This document shows, piece by piece, positions 63,901 through 64,000 of a stretch of DNA of 64,000 nt. The translations under genes were made by a program, and so were the position numbers. Below the pieces are notes generated by a model. That model was not told the DNA's origin, made no database searches, and saw only the letters and a program-made list of their open reading frames with translations. This stretch comes from an uncultured virus (IMG/VR IMGVR_UViG_3300007960_003098) (Duplodnaviria > Heunggongvirae > Uroviricota > Caudoviricetes): IMG/VR virus record IMGVR_UViG_3300007960_003098. One strand, given 5' to 3'. Each line of letters starts with the position of its first letter. Within the stretch, counting starts at the first letter, position 1.

Positions 63901-64000
63901 ATGACAGAGAAAAAGAATTTGCACTGTTCTTTTTGTGGTAATCACAAAGACGCAGTTACAAAATTAATTGTTGGTGATGAAGTTGCTATCTGCTCTGATT
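63901..64000 (+). CDS. clpX: ClpX-type C4 zinc-finger N-terminus (3'-truncated)
   Basis: MTEKKNLHCSFCGNHKDAVTKLIVGDEVAICSD. Confidence 0.8.
   Translation, partial: MTEKKNLHCSFCGNHKDAVTKLIVGDEVAICSD

Noticed and set aside
1..64000. Stop-codon reassignment
   Set aside because: Conserved genes are full length in code 11, and TAA, TAG and TGA all end tightly packed genes
1..64000. CRISPR array, tRNAs, introns/inteins, transposases
   Set aside because: No repeat-spacer pattern or cloverleaf seen; intergenic gaps are short; PolB and ligase are uninterrupted

Overview
This is a 64 kb, AT-rich, gene-dense segment of a large lytic dsDNA tailed phage (T4-like/jumbo myovirus type). Nearly all genes are on the + strand and read in the standard genetic code. 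No tRNA, rRNA, CRISPR array or mobile element was recognised. The host is probably an aquatic proteobacterium, inferred from iscU, yggX, TctA/TctC and an IHF site. (1) 1-21 kb is a late region driven by TAAATA promoters. It holds many proteins with a shared N-terminal 'M-R/K-x-x-E/D-F/I-x-x-E' tag resembling the T4 capsid-targeting sequence, plus a spanin pair, Dps, a PRMT-like methyltransferase and an ASCH protein. It also holds a divergent cassette: an ACP-like/methyltransferase fusion opposite TctA, a porin, TctC, two P-loop proteins and a dioxygenase. (2) 21-46 kb carries family B DNA polymerase and sliding clamp, interleaved with a 7-deazaguanine DNA-modification pathway lacking queC in this window (TGT/DpdA-like, DpdL-like, folE, queD, queE). 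Around it are GMP reductase, a purine phosphoribosyltransferase, an MBD4-like glycosylase, a restriction-endonuclease-like protein, two GT-B glycosyltransferases and nucleotide-sugar enzymes. (3) 46-64 kb holds repair/replication genes (UvsE, RNase H, ligase, start of clpX), host-envelope lipoproteins and early genes. The most interesting signals are the deazaguanine/glycosylation/G-depletion module, the tagged protease-cleavable head-cargo proteins, the phage TTT transporter cassette, and a GGGTAA/TTACCC motif at sigma70-type promoters. All calls come from motif recognition by eye; no database searches were run.
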